Positions 18,517-27,775 of a DNA stretch of 37,061 nt are shown here, piece by piece. The notes beneath the pieces are model-generated. The model searched no databases. It was not told the DNA's origin and was given only the letters and a program-made list of their open reading frames with translations. The position numbers and the translations under genes are program-made. Positions within the stretch are counted from its first letter, which is position 1, and each line of letters begins with the position of its first letter. The stretch is from a candidate division WWE3 bacterium RIFCSPLOWO2_01_FULL_39_13 (GTDB taxonomy: Bacteria > Patescibacteriota > WWE3 > 2-01-FULL-39-13), in contig MEVH01000015.1 in NCBI GenBank assembly GCA_001772665.1, forward strand, positions 13,223 through 50,283. Direction: 5' to 3'.

Positions 18517-20967
18517 ATGGGTATAAACCTGCCGTTTTTAAAAAAGAAAGAAAGAAATTCAGATCCAAAGACAGAAAACTCTGCTGGTACTGAAACAAAG
18601 AATTCTGAAAATCCCAACGAATCAAAAGTCGCTGCTGCAGCTTCATCTTTTGTAATGAAGAAAAAGATGGAAAATATTGAAAATGAATCAACTGCTGAAA
18701 GAAAACTGGCAAAAGGAATTCCAAGTGTTCAGGATATCATTGCTCCAAGCGCGATAGAAGTAGATTTCAACTATCTTAAAATCGGCGACAAGTATTTCAG
18801 GACTCTCTTTGTATCAGGCTATCCCCGCTTTGTAGGAGCAAACTGGCTTGAGCCGATAATAAACTTCGACCGCTCCATTAATATCACAATGTTTTATTAT
18901 CCGATTAATGCAAGAAACGTTCTTGACGACCTGAGACGCAAAATTGCAGAAATGGAGGCGACAATCAATATTGCCCGCGAAAAAGGCCGAGTAATCGACC
19001 CGGCTGTCCAAGCTGCCCTCGGTGATGCAAAATCATTACAGGAACAGCTTGTAAAAGGCATAGAAAGGTTCTTCCACTTCTCTTTTTATGTCACGATATC
19101 AGCCGACACGATAGATGAACTTAACAGTGTCACCTATCAGGTTGAATCAACGCTTGGATCCCTTTCTTTAATATCCAAAAAGGCAACGCTTGAAATGGAG
19201 CAGGCTTTTCAGACAAGCATCCCTGTATGCCTCGACAAACTGCAGGTAATCAGGAATATGGATACAACCTCTGTAGCCACAACATTTCCATTTACATCTT
19301 CAGAACTTACCGCCAACGAGGGAATTTTATATGGAGTAAACCAGCACAATGGCTCGCTTGTAATTTTTGACAGGTTTTCGCTTGAGAACGCAAACTCTGT
19401 GATATTTGCAAAATCAGGCGCAGGAAAGTCTTATCTTGTAAAACTAGAGGCTCTCAGGTATCTGCTTTTTGGAGTTGATGTCATTGTAATTGATCCTGAA
19501 ACTGAATACAGACGGCTTTGCGAAGCAGTAGGAGGAGAATATATTGACTTCAACATGAAGAGCAAGGCGAAAATCAATCCTTTTGAACTGCCCGAAACTG
19601 CAGAACAGGAAGATCAGCTTAGTTTAAAGATCCTCAGCCTGCATGCACTTTTAAGAATAATGCTTGGAGATATGTCCCCGTCTGAATCGGCAATACTTGA
19701 CCGCGCCCTTGTAGATACTTACCGTCTGAAGGGGATCACACAGGATCCAACAACACAGAATAGGGAGCCTCCGCTTCTTGAGGATCTCTACAAGGTCCTT
19801 CTGGCCATGGATGAGCCTGAATCGAAGTCTCTTGCCGAAAGAATGGAAAGGTACCTTAAAGGGTCTCTTGCGGGGATTTTTGACCAGCGCTCGAATGTTG
19901 ATTTAGACAACAGCTTTTCTGTGTTCTCAATAAGAAATTTGGAGGATGTTTTAAGGCCTATCGCTATGTTTATGATACTTGATTTTATATGGACGAAAAT
20001 CAAGCATGATATGAAAAAGAGGCTTTTGATACTTGATGAGGCCTGGACTCTTATGAGATACCCAGATTCAGCTGCTTTCGTTTACTCGCTTGCAAAAAGA
20101 GCCAGAAAATACTACCTGGGATTAACAACTGTAACTCAGGATGTTGCTGACTTTCTTAATACCGACTACGGAAAGGCGGTTGTAACAAACTCGTCTATAC
20201 AGATTCTGCTTAAACAGCATCCGGCAGCAATAGATAGAATAGCCGAGGTGTTTTACCTTTCAGAAGGAGAGAAGAATCTTCTTCTTTCAGCTGGAATCGG
20301 AGAGGGCCTCTTTTTTGCAGGTGCAAATCATGTTGCGATTCAGGTAAGGGCATCAGCCCAGGAACATAGGCTTATAACTACAAATCCTGAGGAGCTTTTG
20401 AAAATGAAACGTGAATCTGAAATAGATCCTGAAATTTTAAAATCGGCTCAAAGGACTGGTACTTCCGGGGGAATGCAGGCGACGGCTCCAACAATGACTG
20501 AGACGGAATATCAGACCCCAACTAGTAACGCTGAAATACAGACAGAGGCACCAGAGATACAGCCAGATGTTTCAATGGACCAGACAGAAATTCTGGAATC
20601 TCCAATAGGAGCTCCACAAATTCAGCCTGAAGCGCCGGCGTCTGAAACAGTAGCTCAAAAATGGAGTTCAGCAGCCCAGACTCAGACAGCTCCAATGGCG
20701 CCAAAGAGGCCTGCTCCGCAGCTTCAAAATTTGAAACAGTATCAGAATCAAAACCGTACTCAAACACCACCACGGCCATCACCGGAACAAACCCAGCCGG
20801 ATCCACATTCTCCTGAACCAATCAAGGATCAAGACCCATCAATACCTCCAAAACCAGTACAGAGTCAAACCATACCTCCACAAAGACCCGTAATGCCAAA
20901 TCCCTACTCAACAGGCCTTGACGAACAAGGAGATTTTACAAAAGGAACAATAAATCTGAACCAGTGA
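18517..20967 (+). CDS. VirB4-like (TraE/ConE-type) ATPase with Pro/Gln-rich tail
   Basis: Walker A AKSGAGKS, IDPETEY, Walker B LILDEAW and RARKY…TQD. Confidence 0.9.
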   Translation: MGINLPFLKKKERNSDPKTENSAGTETKNSENPNESKVAAAASSFVMKKKMENIENESTAERKLAKGIPSVQDIIAPSAIEVDFNYLKIGDKYFRTLFVSGYPRFVGANWLEPIINFDRSINITMFYYPINARNVLDDLRRKIAEMEATINIAREKGRVIDPAVQAALGDAKSLQEQLVKGIERFFHFSFYVTISADTIDELNSVTYQVESTLGSLSLISKKATLEMEQAFQTSIPVCLDKLQVIRNMDTTSVATTFPFTSSELTANEGILYGVNQHNGSLVIFDRFSLENANSVIFAKSGAGKSYLVKLEALRYLLFGVDVIVIDPETEYRRLCEAVGGEYIDFNMKSKAKINPFELPETAEQEDQLSLKILSLHALLRIMLGDMSPSESAILDRALVDTYRLKGITQDPTTQNREPPLLEDLYKVLLAMDEPESKSLAERMERYLKGSLAGIFDQRSNVDLDNSFSVFSIRNLEDVLRPIAMFMILDFIWTKIKHDMKKRLLILDEAWTLMRYPDSAAFVYSLAKRARKYYLGLTTVTQDVADFLNTDYGKAVVTNSSIQILLKQHPAAIDRIAEVFYLSEGEKNLLLSAGIGEGLFFAGANHVAIQVRASAQEHRLITTNPEELLKMKRESEIDPEILKSAQRTGTSGGMQATAPTMTETEYQTPTSNAEIQTEAPEIQPDVSMDQTEILESPIGAPQIQPEAPASETVAQKWSSAAQTQTAPMAPKRPAPQLQNLKQYQNQNRTQTPPRPSPEQTQPDPHSPEPIKDQDPSIPPKPVQSQTIPPQRPVMPNPYSTGLDEQGDFTKGTINLNQ

Positions 20968-21130
20968 AACGCTGCCTCAGGATATCAGGGTGATCCCGTT
21001 TACCACAGTCCCTCTTTAACGTTGCCGTCGCAACCTTTTACACGTTTTAATAGTTTTTCAATCACAAGTTTATCTTTAACTAAAGTCAACTTTACTAGAT
21101 TTTTCTTTAATAAGCTTTAAAATCTAACCA

Positions 21131-21829
21131 ATGAGAGAACGAGAAATACATCCAATTCAGGCTGAAGTCCTCAAATTTCTCCTTTTCAAACCAAAAGCCA
21201 GGTATTCAGAACTAAACATTACACGAATCACATCAGACCATTTTAATTTTCACATAAAGCAACTACTAAAAGAGGGTCTTGTAATAAAGACCGAAGACGG
21301 ATTATACGAACTTACTACGACAGGAAAGGAATTTGCAAATCGCTTCGATACACAAAAAGTTGAAATAGAAAGACAAGCTAAGATTGGAGTGTGCATGTTA
21401 TGTAAGCACAACAAACATAATGAGACTTATCTTGTCCAACAGAGACTGAAACAGCCATATTATGGATATTTTGGATTTATCACAGGGAAAATCACATGGG
21501 GCGAAACTGTTTATGAAACTGCTAAAAGGGAACTAAAGGAAGAAACCGGACTTAATGGAAGCCCAAAGCTTGTTGGAATAGAACACAAGATGGATTTTTC
21601 AAAAAAAGACAAAACATTACTAGAAGATAAATTCTTTTTTATAATAAAAGTAGCTAATCTTAATGGGGAACTCGCCGAAGAGTTTGACGGCGGAAAAAAT
21701 ATCTGGATGCCTAAAAAGGAAATACTAAAACTTCCCAATCTATTTCATGATGTCCCGCTTCTTATATCAATGGTCGAAAAAGAGACGATAGAGGTTTTGG
21801 AGAAGAAGTACTACGTCGAAAGTTACTGA
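21131..21829 (+). CDS. Winged-helix plus NUDIX hydrolase fusion
   Basis: N-terminal wHTH (FNFHIKQL…YELTTTG) and the Nudix box GKITWGETVYETAKRELKEETGL. Confidence 0.85.
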   Translation: MREREIHPIQAEVLKFLLFKPKARYSELNITRITSDHFNFHIKQLLKEGLVIKTEDGLYELTTTGKEFANRFDTQKVEIERQAKIGVCMLCKHNKHNETYLVQQRLKQPYYGYFGFITGKITWGETVYETAKRELKEETGLNGSPKLVGIEHKMDFSKKDKTLLEDKFFFIIKVANLNGELAEEFDGGKNIWMPKKEILKLPNLFHDVPLLISMVEKETIEVLEKKYYVESY

Positions 21830-21941
21830 TACTCTATTTAAACTTCTGATAAAAAAATTATCAAAAAACTCAAAAGGGTCAAATGGTAGCACTTCAAAGG
21901 GAACTGTCTAAAACGGAACGGTTCCAAATGTAAACGTAATA

Positions 21942-22466
21942 CTACCCCCACATTGCAATTAAAGAGGGATATCTTTTTATCCTGAGGTGATCCATTAACG
22001 CTAAATTCCAGCCGGTGTGTAGAATCTCATGAGAGTTTAGACTCCATAATGCCACGGTCACACCAACAGGATTTCGGCTCCATGGAACCCTTGTTACCTT
22101 CTTATTTATCTCTGGATCACACAAAAACGTAAACAGCTCACGATTAGCGTTTGCCAGTTCCTTAAGCAACTTTTCTTTCGACATCTCTTTAAAAGCTAAT
22201 GTTTTGACAGATATAGAACCAAACTTTATTTCTCCTGCTTGGGCACCATCCAAGTAACTCCTTTGTACACTTATCTGGTGAGCAACACTCTCTCGAGGAG
22301 TATCAGATTTCGTTTCGAGACTGTCTACCATTCGAAAATCGTACTTATCCTCAGGGATTAGCTCAAAGAAATCGCGGTTGATTCCCCAGCTCCTTAAATA
22401 TGCAGTCCAAAAAGCCAAAGCCCCTGGATCTGTCATCTTTGATGTTTCTAACGTCTTTGTGTCCAT
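21942..22466 (-). CDS. DinB-family protein
   Basis: RESVAH and HEILHTG metal-binding histidines. Confidence 0.75.
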   Translation of the reverse strand: MDTKTLETSKMTDPGALAFWTAYLRSWGINRDFFELIPEDKYDFRMVDSLETKSDTPRESVAHQISVQRSYLDGAQAGEIKFGSISVKTLAFKEMSKEKLLKELANANRELFTFLCDPEINKKVTRVPWSRNPVGVTVALWSLNSHEILHTGWNLALMDHLRIKRYPSLIAMWG

Positions 22467-22485
22467 ATTGCTGCTTTGAACACCC

Positions 22486-23595
22486 CTACCAGTTTGCCTT
22501 CATTGGCATGACGATGTATAAGTAGTGATCTTTGCCTTCGAATTTGAAAAGACCCGGTTTAAGGGGTTCTGAAATTTTAAAGACAAGATCGTCTTCGGTG
22601 GCATTTGCCAGAAATTCAAGCAGATATTTTGCATTAAATGCTATTTCGACCTCTTCGCCGGTGACCTCTGCACTCATTTCGTTGCTGCTGCTCCCAGTTT
22701 CTGTCGGCTGGGATATAGACTCAACAGATCCTTTTTTAACAACAAGCTTTACCATATTACCGCTTTCGCGAGAGAAGATATTGGCAAGCTTAATCCCATT
22801 TTCAAATTCCGATTTGGATATATGAACTTCAGAACTGAATTCTGCAGGAATTATTGACTGATAATCAGGATATTCTCCATCTATTATCCTAAAATGAGCC
22901 TCCATATCGGCTGCTTTCATCGCAACAAGGTTACGCTCCGGATCAACAACCAGGGTTAACTTCTCGTCCTCAGTTACAAACGCCCGCCCGACTTCAATAA
23001 AAGACCTGGCAGGAACAATAAACTCAATTTTCTCAGAAACGCTTTTGCCAAGCTTCATTTTGTACTCCGCCATTCTAAAGCCATCAGTACCAGCAAAAAT
23101 TATTGAGGAGCCTTCTGCCTTGCAGTAAATTCCAGTCAAAACCGGCCTTCCCTCGTCTGATGCAACCGTAAAACCGACAAGCTGGAGAACCTGCGTAAAT
23201 TCCTTTGCGGATAACTCCACCTCTAGACCTTTATCAACAAGATCAATAGTTGGGAATTCCCCGGCGTCTGCTCCTGCAAAACTTGCACTGGATTTATCGG
23301 TATTAACCTTAAAAATCGACCCTTTCAGCTCCGCATCAATTTTTTCCCCAGAAACCTGAGATACAAATTCAGCAAGAAGCCTTGCCGGAACAGCAATTGC
23401 CCCATCGCTGTCAACCTTGGCGCCGATCTTTGCAGTAATTGAAAGCTGCAAACCCGATGCCGTCATGCTAAGCCTTCCCTTTTCGGTCTTGATAAGAACA
23501 TTTGATAAAATGGGCATCGAGGTACGGGAATTAATGGCCTTGCCGACAACATTAAGCCCCTTGAAAAAATTTTCTTTTAGTACAGTAAACTTCAT
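22486..23595 (-). CDS. dnaN: DNA polymerase III beta clamp
   Basis: PILSNVLI, RPVLTG, TDGFRM, FNAKYL and VMPM motifs. Confidence 0.97.
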   Translation of the reverse strand: MKFTVLKENFFKGLNVVGKAINSRTSMPILSNVLIKTEKGRLSMTASGLQLSITAKIGAKVDSDGAIAVPARLLAEFVSQVSGEKIDAELKGSIFKVNTDKSSASFAGADAGEFPTIDLVDKGLEVELSAKEFTQVLQLVGFTVASDEGRPVLTGIYCKAEGSSIIFAGTDGFRMAEYKMKLGKSVSEKIEFIVPARSFIEVGRAFVTEDEKLTLVVDPERNLVAMKAADMEAHFRIIDGEYPDYQSIIPAEFSSEVHISKSEFENGIKLANIFSRESGNMVKLVVKKGSVESISQPTETGSSSNEMSAEVTGEEVEIAFNAKYLLEFLANATEDDLVFKISEPLKPGLFKFEGKDHYLYIVMPMKANW

Positions 23596-23597
23596 AA

Positions 23598-24065
23598 TTA
23601 TTCCTTTGCACCCAGAGATATAATAATCTTCCGGTTAAGCCCCTCCCCTTCGGAATGGGATGAAACCCCTTCAATCTTTGAAATCTTTTCGTGGACAATT
23701 CTTCTCTCAAAACTGTTCATCGGATAAAGTGCGATCTGTTTGCCTATTTCTTTGGCCTTGCTCGCAGCACTTTCTGCCAGATCAGCAAGCTTTTGGTTGC
23801 GCTGTCCGCGGTAATCGGCAATATCAACCATAACTCTCGCTTCGTCTTTGAATTGCTTGTAAACGGCAACATTTATAAAGTGCTGAAGCGCACTAAGATT
23901 TTCTCCTCGGTAGCCTATAAGAAGATTTGCGCTGCCGGTTTCAATATCAGCCTTTAAAACCGACTCGTCTGAGTCATCAAAACTGACCTTAAACTCCATC
24001 TCAAGAAAACTGCCCAAGCTTTCTAAAAGAGAACCAATCATAGACTTAACCCTATCTTTGTCCAT
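23598..24065 (-). CDS. jag: Jag/KhpB RNA-binding protein (KH plus R3H)
   Basis: LIGYRGENLSALQ and PMNSFERRIVH…SEGEG. Confidence 0.92.
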   Translation of the reverse strand: MDKDRVKSMIGSLLESLGSFLEMEFKVSFDDSDESVLKADIETGSANLLIGYRGENLSALQHFINVAVYKQFKDEARVMVDIADYRGQRNQKLADLAESAASKAKEIGKQIALYPMNSFERRIVHEKISKIEGVSSHSEGEGLNRKIIISLGAKE

Positions 24066-24070
24066 ATTTA

Positions 24071-24838
24071 TCAGCTTTGGCCGGCAGGTTTCTTTTTGGC
24101 TAAAGCGTACTGTAAAACTATAAGAAACGTTGACACAAACCAGTATAAAACAAGACCCGACGGAAGCCTAATACCGATAACAAGAGTCATTATCGGCATT
24201 AAATAAGTCATCTGCTGCTGCATATTATACATAACATCGTCTTTTTTGTCAGTGGTATCCTTAACAGGTTTCTCCATTTTTCCTGCAGTTGCCATGGTAT
24301 ATTTTGACATTAGAAACTGAGCCCCAGCCGCAAGAACAGGAAGGACATATACCGGGTCAGGTTTAGCCAGGTTAAGATACAAGAAGGTCGTATTCAGCCG
24401 GGCTCCTTCAGCAAATTTAAGAAAATCCCAGTTGTAAAGAAGTGCATTTATTTCTGCGACGGCAACCCCATTTGCAGCCAGCAGGTTCGTAAAAACCTTA
24501 TACAAAGCCAAAACCACGATAAGCTGTACAATTTGCGGAAGGCATCCAGCAGCAGGATTTATCCCGTGCTCGCGGTAAAGCTCCATTTGCTTTTTGGCAA
24601 AAACCTGTTTGTTTTTATATTTCTTTTTGAGCTTCTCTATTTCGGGCTGAAGAGCCTTCTGTTTCTGCGCCAGTTCTAAAGCAGGCTTTGACAAAGGATA
24701 AGTAACAACGCGGATAACCAGCGTAATAGCAATTATAGCCAAACCGAAATTGCTGAAGAAAAGATGATAGAAAAGAACCAGAATATTAAGTATGGGGATA
24801 TATAAAAGCGTATTCCAGATTTCAGAAAATATATTCAT
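24071..24838 (-). CDS. yidC: Membrane protein insertase YidC (short form)
   Basis: LQPEI, NPAAGCLP and GLVLYW motifs. Confidence 0.95.
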   Translation of the reverse strand: MNIFSEIWNTLLYIPILNILVLFYHLFFSNFGLAIIAITLVIRVVTYPLSKPALELAQKQKALQPEIEKLKKKYKNKQVFAKKQMELYREHGINPAAGCLPQIVQLIVVLALYKVFTNLLAANGVAVAEINALLYNWDFLKFAEGARLNTTFLYLNLAKPDPVYVLPVLAAGAQFLMSKYTMATAGKMEKPVKDTTDKKDDVMYNMQQQMTYLMPIMTLVIGIRLPSGLVLYWFVSTFLIVLQYALAKKKPAGQS

Positions 24839-25095
24839 TATTTAACCGGGTCACATCCTCCCTTAGAAAACGGGTTGCAGCGGATGATCCTCCATATAGA
24901 CATGAATCCTCCCTTTACGATCCCGTATTTTTCCAAAGACTGATATGCATACTCAGAACAACTCGGCTCAAACCGGCAGACTTTTACTCCTAATCCTTTT
25001 AAAACACCGCGATCAAGAGAAATCCACCTCTGATAAAAACGTATCAATTTCTGTATCAATACTTTTGGCGTCAACGGCAATTTTACCATTTTCAT
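24838..25095 (-). CDS. yidD: Membrane protein insertion efficiency factor
   Basis: CRFEPSCSEY…RCNPF…DPV; exact start uncertain because it overlaps rnpA. Confidence 0.92.
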   Translation of the reverse strand: MKMVKLPLTPKVLIQKLIRFYQRWISLDRGVLKGLGVKVCRFEPSCSEYAYQSLEKYGIVKGGFMSIWRIIRCNPFSKGGCDPVK

Positions 25096-25387
25096 TAATC
25101 AGAGTTTTTTTAGGAATAAACACATAATAATAATATTTTGCAAATTTATCGATTTTTTTTCTGACGCTGTCCAGAACCATCCTTCTTATTTTATTCTGCG
25201 TTACAGCTTTTTTGCAAAACCGGTTTGAAGCTATTACAGCAAACTTTTTATCTGCTTGACCCTCGAAGGCTTTTTCGTCTTTGCGAAGATACTTCACAAT
25301 CAGGTGAGAAGCGTGAAAGGTATCTCCACCGTTTAAAACAGCCCTGAAATTATATCTTGTTTTTAAACTGTATTTTCGGTTAAGCAA
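25013..25387 (-). CDS. rnpA: Ribonuclease P protein component
   Basis: Position between rpmH and yidD; divergent RNR motif KKAVTQNKIRR. Confidence 0.8.
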   Translation of the reverse strand: MLNRKYSLKTRYNFRAVLNGGDTFHASHLIVKYLRKDEKAFEGQADKKFAVIASNRFCKKAVTQNKIRRMVLDSVRKKIDKFAKYYYYVFIPKKTLINENGKIAVDAKSIDTEIDTFLSEVDFS

Positions 25388-25401
25388 TGGGAATTGTTAA
25401 C

Positions 25402-25557
25402 TCAAGACTTTTCGCCCCGGTTTATTGCGAGACGAACTCTTCCCCTAGCCCTTCTTCTGCTAAGAACGTTTCGGCCGTTTTTGGTAGACATCCTTTTTAG
25501 GAATCCGTGTTTTCTGTTTCCTTTTTTAACTTTTGGCTGCCAGGTTTTTTTCGGCAT
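25402..25557 (-). CDS. rpmH: 50S ribosomal protein L34 (missing from the ORF track)
   Basis: Manual translation: [51 protein letters not shown]. Confidence 0.97.
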   Translation of the reverse strand: MPKKTWQPKVKKGNRKHGFLKRMSTKNGRNVLSRRRARGRVRLAINRGEKS

Positions 25558-25613
25558 ATTAAGATATAAGAAAACACTGCCGAAAACTCAAACTTATCCT
25601 CAGCAGTAGGAAA

Positions 25614-25767
25614 TTATCAACTACCGCGAGCTTACGCACGCGGTATGCTGTAGCGTCACTTCGTTCCTTGCATTCCCACCTTCGGTGGAAAAGTAATGCT
25701 CGCTTTGCGAGTTTTATGGCTCAAATCCCTCGACCTTACGGTCGGGGTATTTCGCTCGCATTATAAA
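25614..25767. mobile_element. Non-autonomous hairpin-ended element, copy 2
   Basis: One mismatch to 1404-1557; same orientation; intergenic between rpmH and dnaA. Confidence 0.8.
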
Positions 25768-25826
25768 ACTACTAACTGGTGGGATTTTAGCACATCCAAT
25801 GGATTATTGGAAAGCGCAGATATCCG

Positions 25827-25856
25827 TGTGGACAAATACTTATTGACTGTGGATAA
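25827..25856. promoter_or_regulatory. DnaA boxes upstream of dnaA
   Basis: TGTGGATAA (25848-25856, perfect) and TGTGGACAA (25827-25835, one mismatch). Confidence 0.75.
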
Positions 25857-25880
25857 GTCTGGGAATAAAATGAACCAGCA

Positions 25881-27290
25881 ATGGAATCCCCAAACTATGC
25901 TGACCTTTGGAATACAGTAAAAGGAGAACTTGAAATTGTATGCAACCCGATGCACTTTAAAACGTATATACCTGGAGTATATATCAAAAATATCGATACA
26001 AACGACAAAATTATTGAAATAACGGCATTAAGCGATCTTCAAAGAAATTTTCTGGAAGACCGGATGTATGGATACCTGAAAAGGATTATTGCCAAAACAA
26101 TCGGTTCAGAATACAGCCTAATATTCAGCATCACCAAGAAGGAGGCCTCAAAGATAGCACTTGATGATCTTGGCCCGCTTTTTAGACAAGATGTTTCGTC
26201 TTTAACAACCGGGCAAATGGTTCAAAACCGTACCGATCTTTCAGAAACCGGACTAAACAGCCAGTATACGTTTGATAGGTTTATTGTCGGCAACAGCAAC
26301 CGGCTGGCATACGCCGTTTCTACAGCAATAGCAGATTCTCCGGGAAAAGTTTACAATCCATTCTTTTTGTATTCCGGCGTCGGAATGGGAAAGACACACC
26401 TGGTACAGGCGATTGGGCATGAGATTCTTAAAAAGCACCCTAATATGACTGTCCTTTATAAAACCGGTGAGCAGTTTTTAAACGAAGTAGTCGAGGCTCT
26501 GCGAAAAGGCAGAGGAGGAAGTGATACGAAAAGGAGCGAATTGAAATCCCGCTACCGCAATACAGATGTATTAATAGTAGACGATATCCACTCAATTGCG
26601 GGAAAAGATACAACCCAAGAAGAATTCTTTCACACGTTTAATGCCCTGCATATGGGGCAGAAGCAGATAATACTAACGTCAGACAGAGCCCCGCATGAAA
26701 TCAGAACGCTTGAAGAAAGGCTTTCGTCAAGATTTGCAAGTGGCATGATTGCCGACATCCAGCCACCTGATGTCGAAACTAGGCTTGCTATTCTTCGCGA
26801 CCGGAATGAAGAAATGAAGCTTCAAGCTTCGGATGAGGTACTCGAATTTATCGCCGGGGTATCTTCTGCCAATATAAGGGAACTCGAAGCAAAGCTTCTT
26901 CAGACAGTCACAACGGCTAAAAGCACTGGACGAGATCTGAACCGCGACACTGCAATATCAATTCTAGGAGAGATCGATAAGAACAAACCAGTTCATATAA
27001 CTCCGAATGTAATAATGAGAGAGGTCGCTAAATATTACGGAGTAACATTAAAAGAACTTAAGGGGCAAAGACGAGTAAAAACTCTTGTTTATCCAAGACA
27101 GATGTGTATGTATATTTTAAAGCACACAGGGAAAATTAATCTTCAGGCTATTGGAGACCTGCTTGGTAATAGAGATCATTCAACAGTCATACACGGAATA
27201 GGGAAAGTTGAAAAGCTTTCAAACAACAATGTATCTATTACCAAAGAGCTTGATCAAATTAAATACGCCATTATTAATGCGAATGAATAA
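25881..27290 (+). CDS. dnaA: Chromosomal replication initiator DnaA
   Basis: YTFDRFIVG, YNPFFLYSGVGMGKTHL, QEEFFHTFN and RDHSTVIH motifs. Confidence 0.99.
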   Translation: MESPNYADLWNTVKGELEIVCNPMHFKTYIPGVYIKNIDTNDKIIEITALSDLQRNFLEDRMYGYLKRIIAKTIGSEYSLIFSITKKEASKIALDDLGPLFRQDVSSLTTGQMVQNRTDLSETGLNSQYTFDRFIVGNSNRLAYAVSTAIADSPGKVYNPFFLYSGVGMGKTHLVQAIGHEILKKHPNMTVLYKTGEQFLNEVVEALRKGRGGSDTKRSELKSRYRNTDVLIVDDIHSIAGKDTTQEEFFHTFNALHMGQKQIILTSDRAPHEIRTLEERLSSRFASGMIADIQPPDVETRLAILRDRNEEMKLQASDEVLEFIAGVSSANIRELEAKLLQTVTTAKSTGRDLNRDTAISILGEIDKNKPVHITPNVIMREVAKYYGVTLKELKGQRRVKTLVYPRQMCMYILKHTGKINLQAIGDLLGNRDHSTVIHGIGKVEKLSNNNVSITKELDQIKYAIINANE

Positions 27291-27630
27291 CCCCTTACTA
27301 TGCCTTGTTGTCCAAATTAATAACAAATTATCCACGGTTCCCTAGATACTTGTTATATATATAAATACAGTAGAAGTATAAGCAGGGAACGTGGGTATGT
27401 TAATAAGTTTAAAATTTATTAATCTTGCAGAAAATTTTCTGTTACCCTCTGTTGATAAATCTGTTTTTCTTTTGAAACATTATCGTCAGACATTTGTCAT
27501 AAGATTTTAACGTAAATATCACCATAGGTGAAAGTTGATAAAGTATACTTATTCGGGTGTTATTTTGTTTATTAATCACATACATATACACAAACGCCTG
27601 TAATAAAATACTAAGTATTCCACGTTAACT
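27291..27630. other. Probable oriC
   Basis: Non-coding AT-rich tract after dnaA with DnaA-box-like sites TTATCCACG (27328-27336) and TGTTGATAA (27450-27458), plus weaker ones. Confidence 0.65.
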
Positions 27631-27775
27631 TGATATAGGACACCGCTCTGCGACCGAGTGTTTGTCCCGATGAAACTGTTGTCTTAGCAGCACTTTTAGA
27701 GCGGTTTACGTTCGCAGCAGGTAAAATACCGCGGCCTTCTTTCTTATCTATTTGATAATGGTAAAATCTATTTGA

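Noticed and set aside
25696-25920. Paralogous small ORFs MLALRVLWLK… (also 1486-1686)
   Set aside because: The shared N-terminus is just the repeated element, and the sequences diverge at its boundary.
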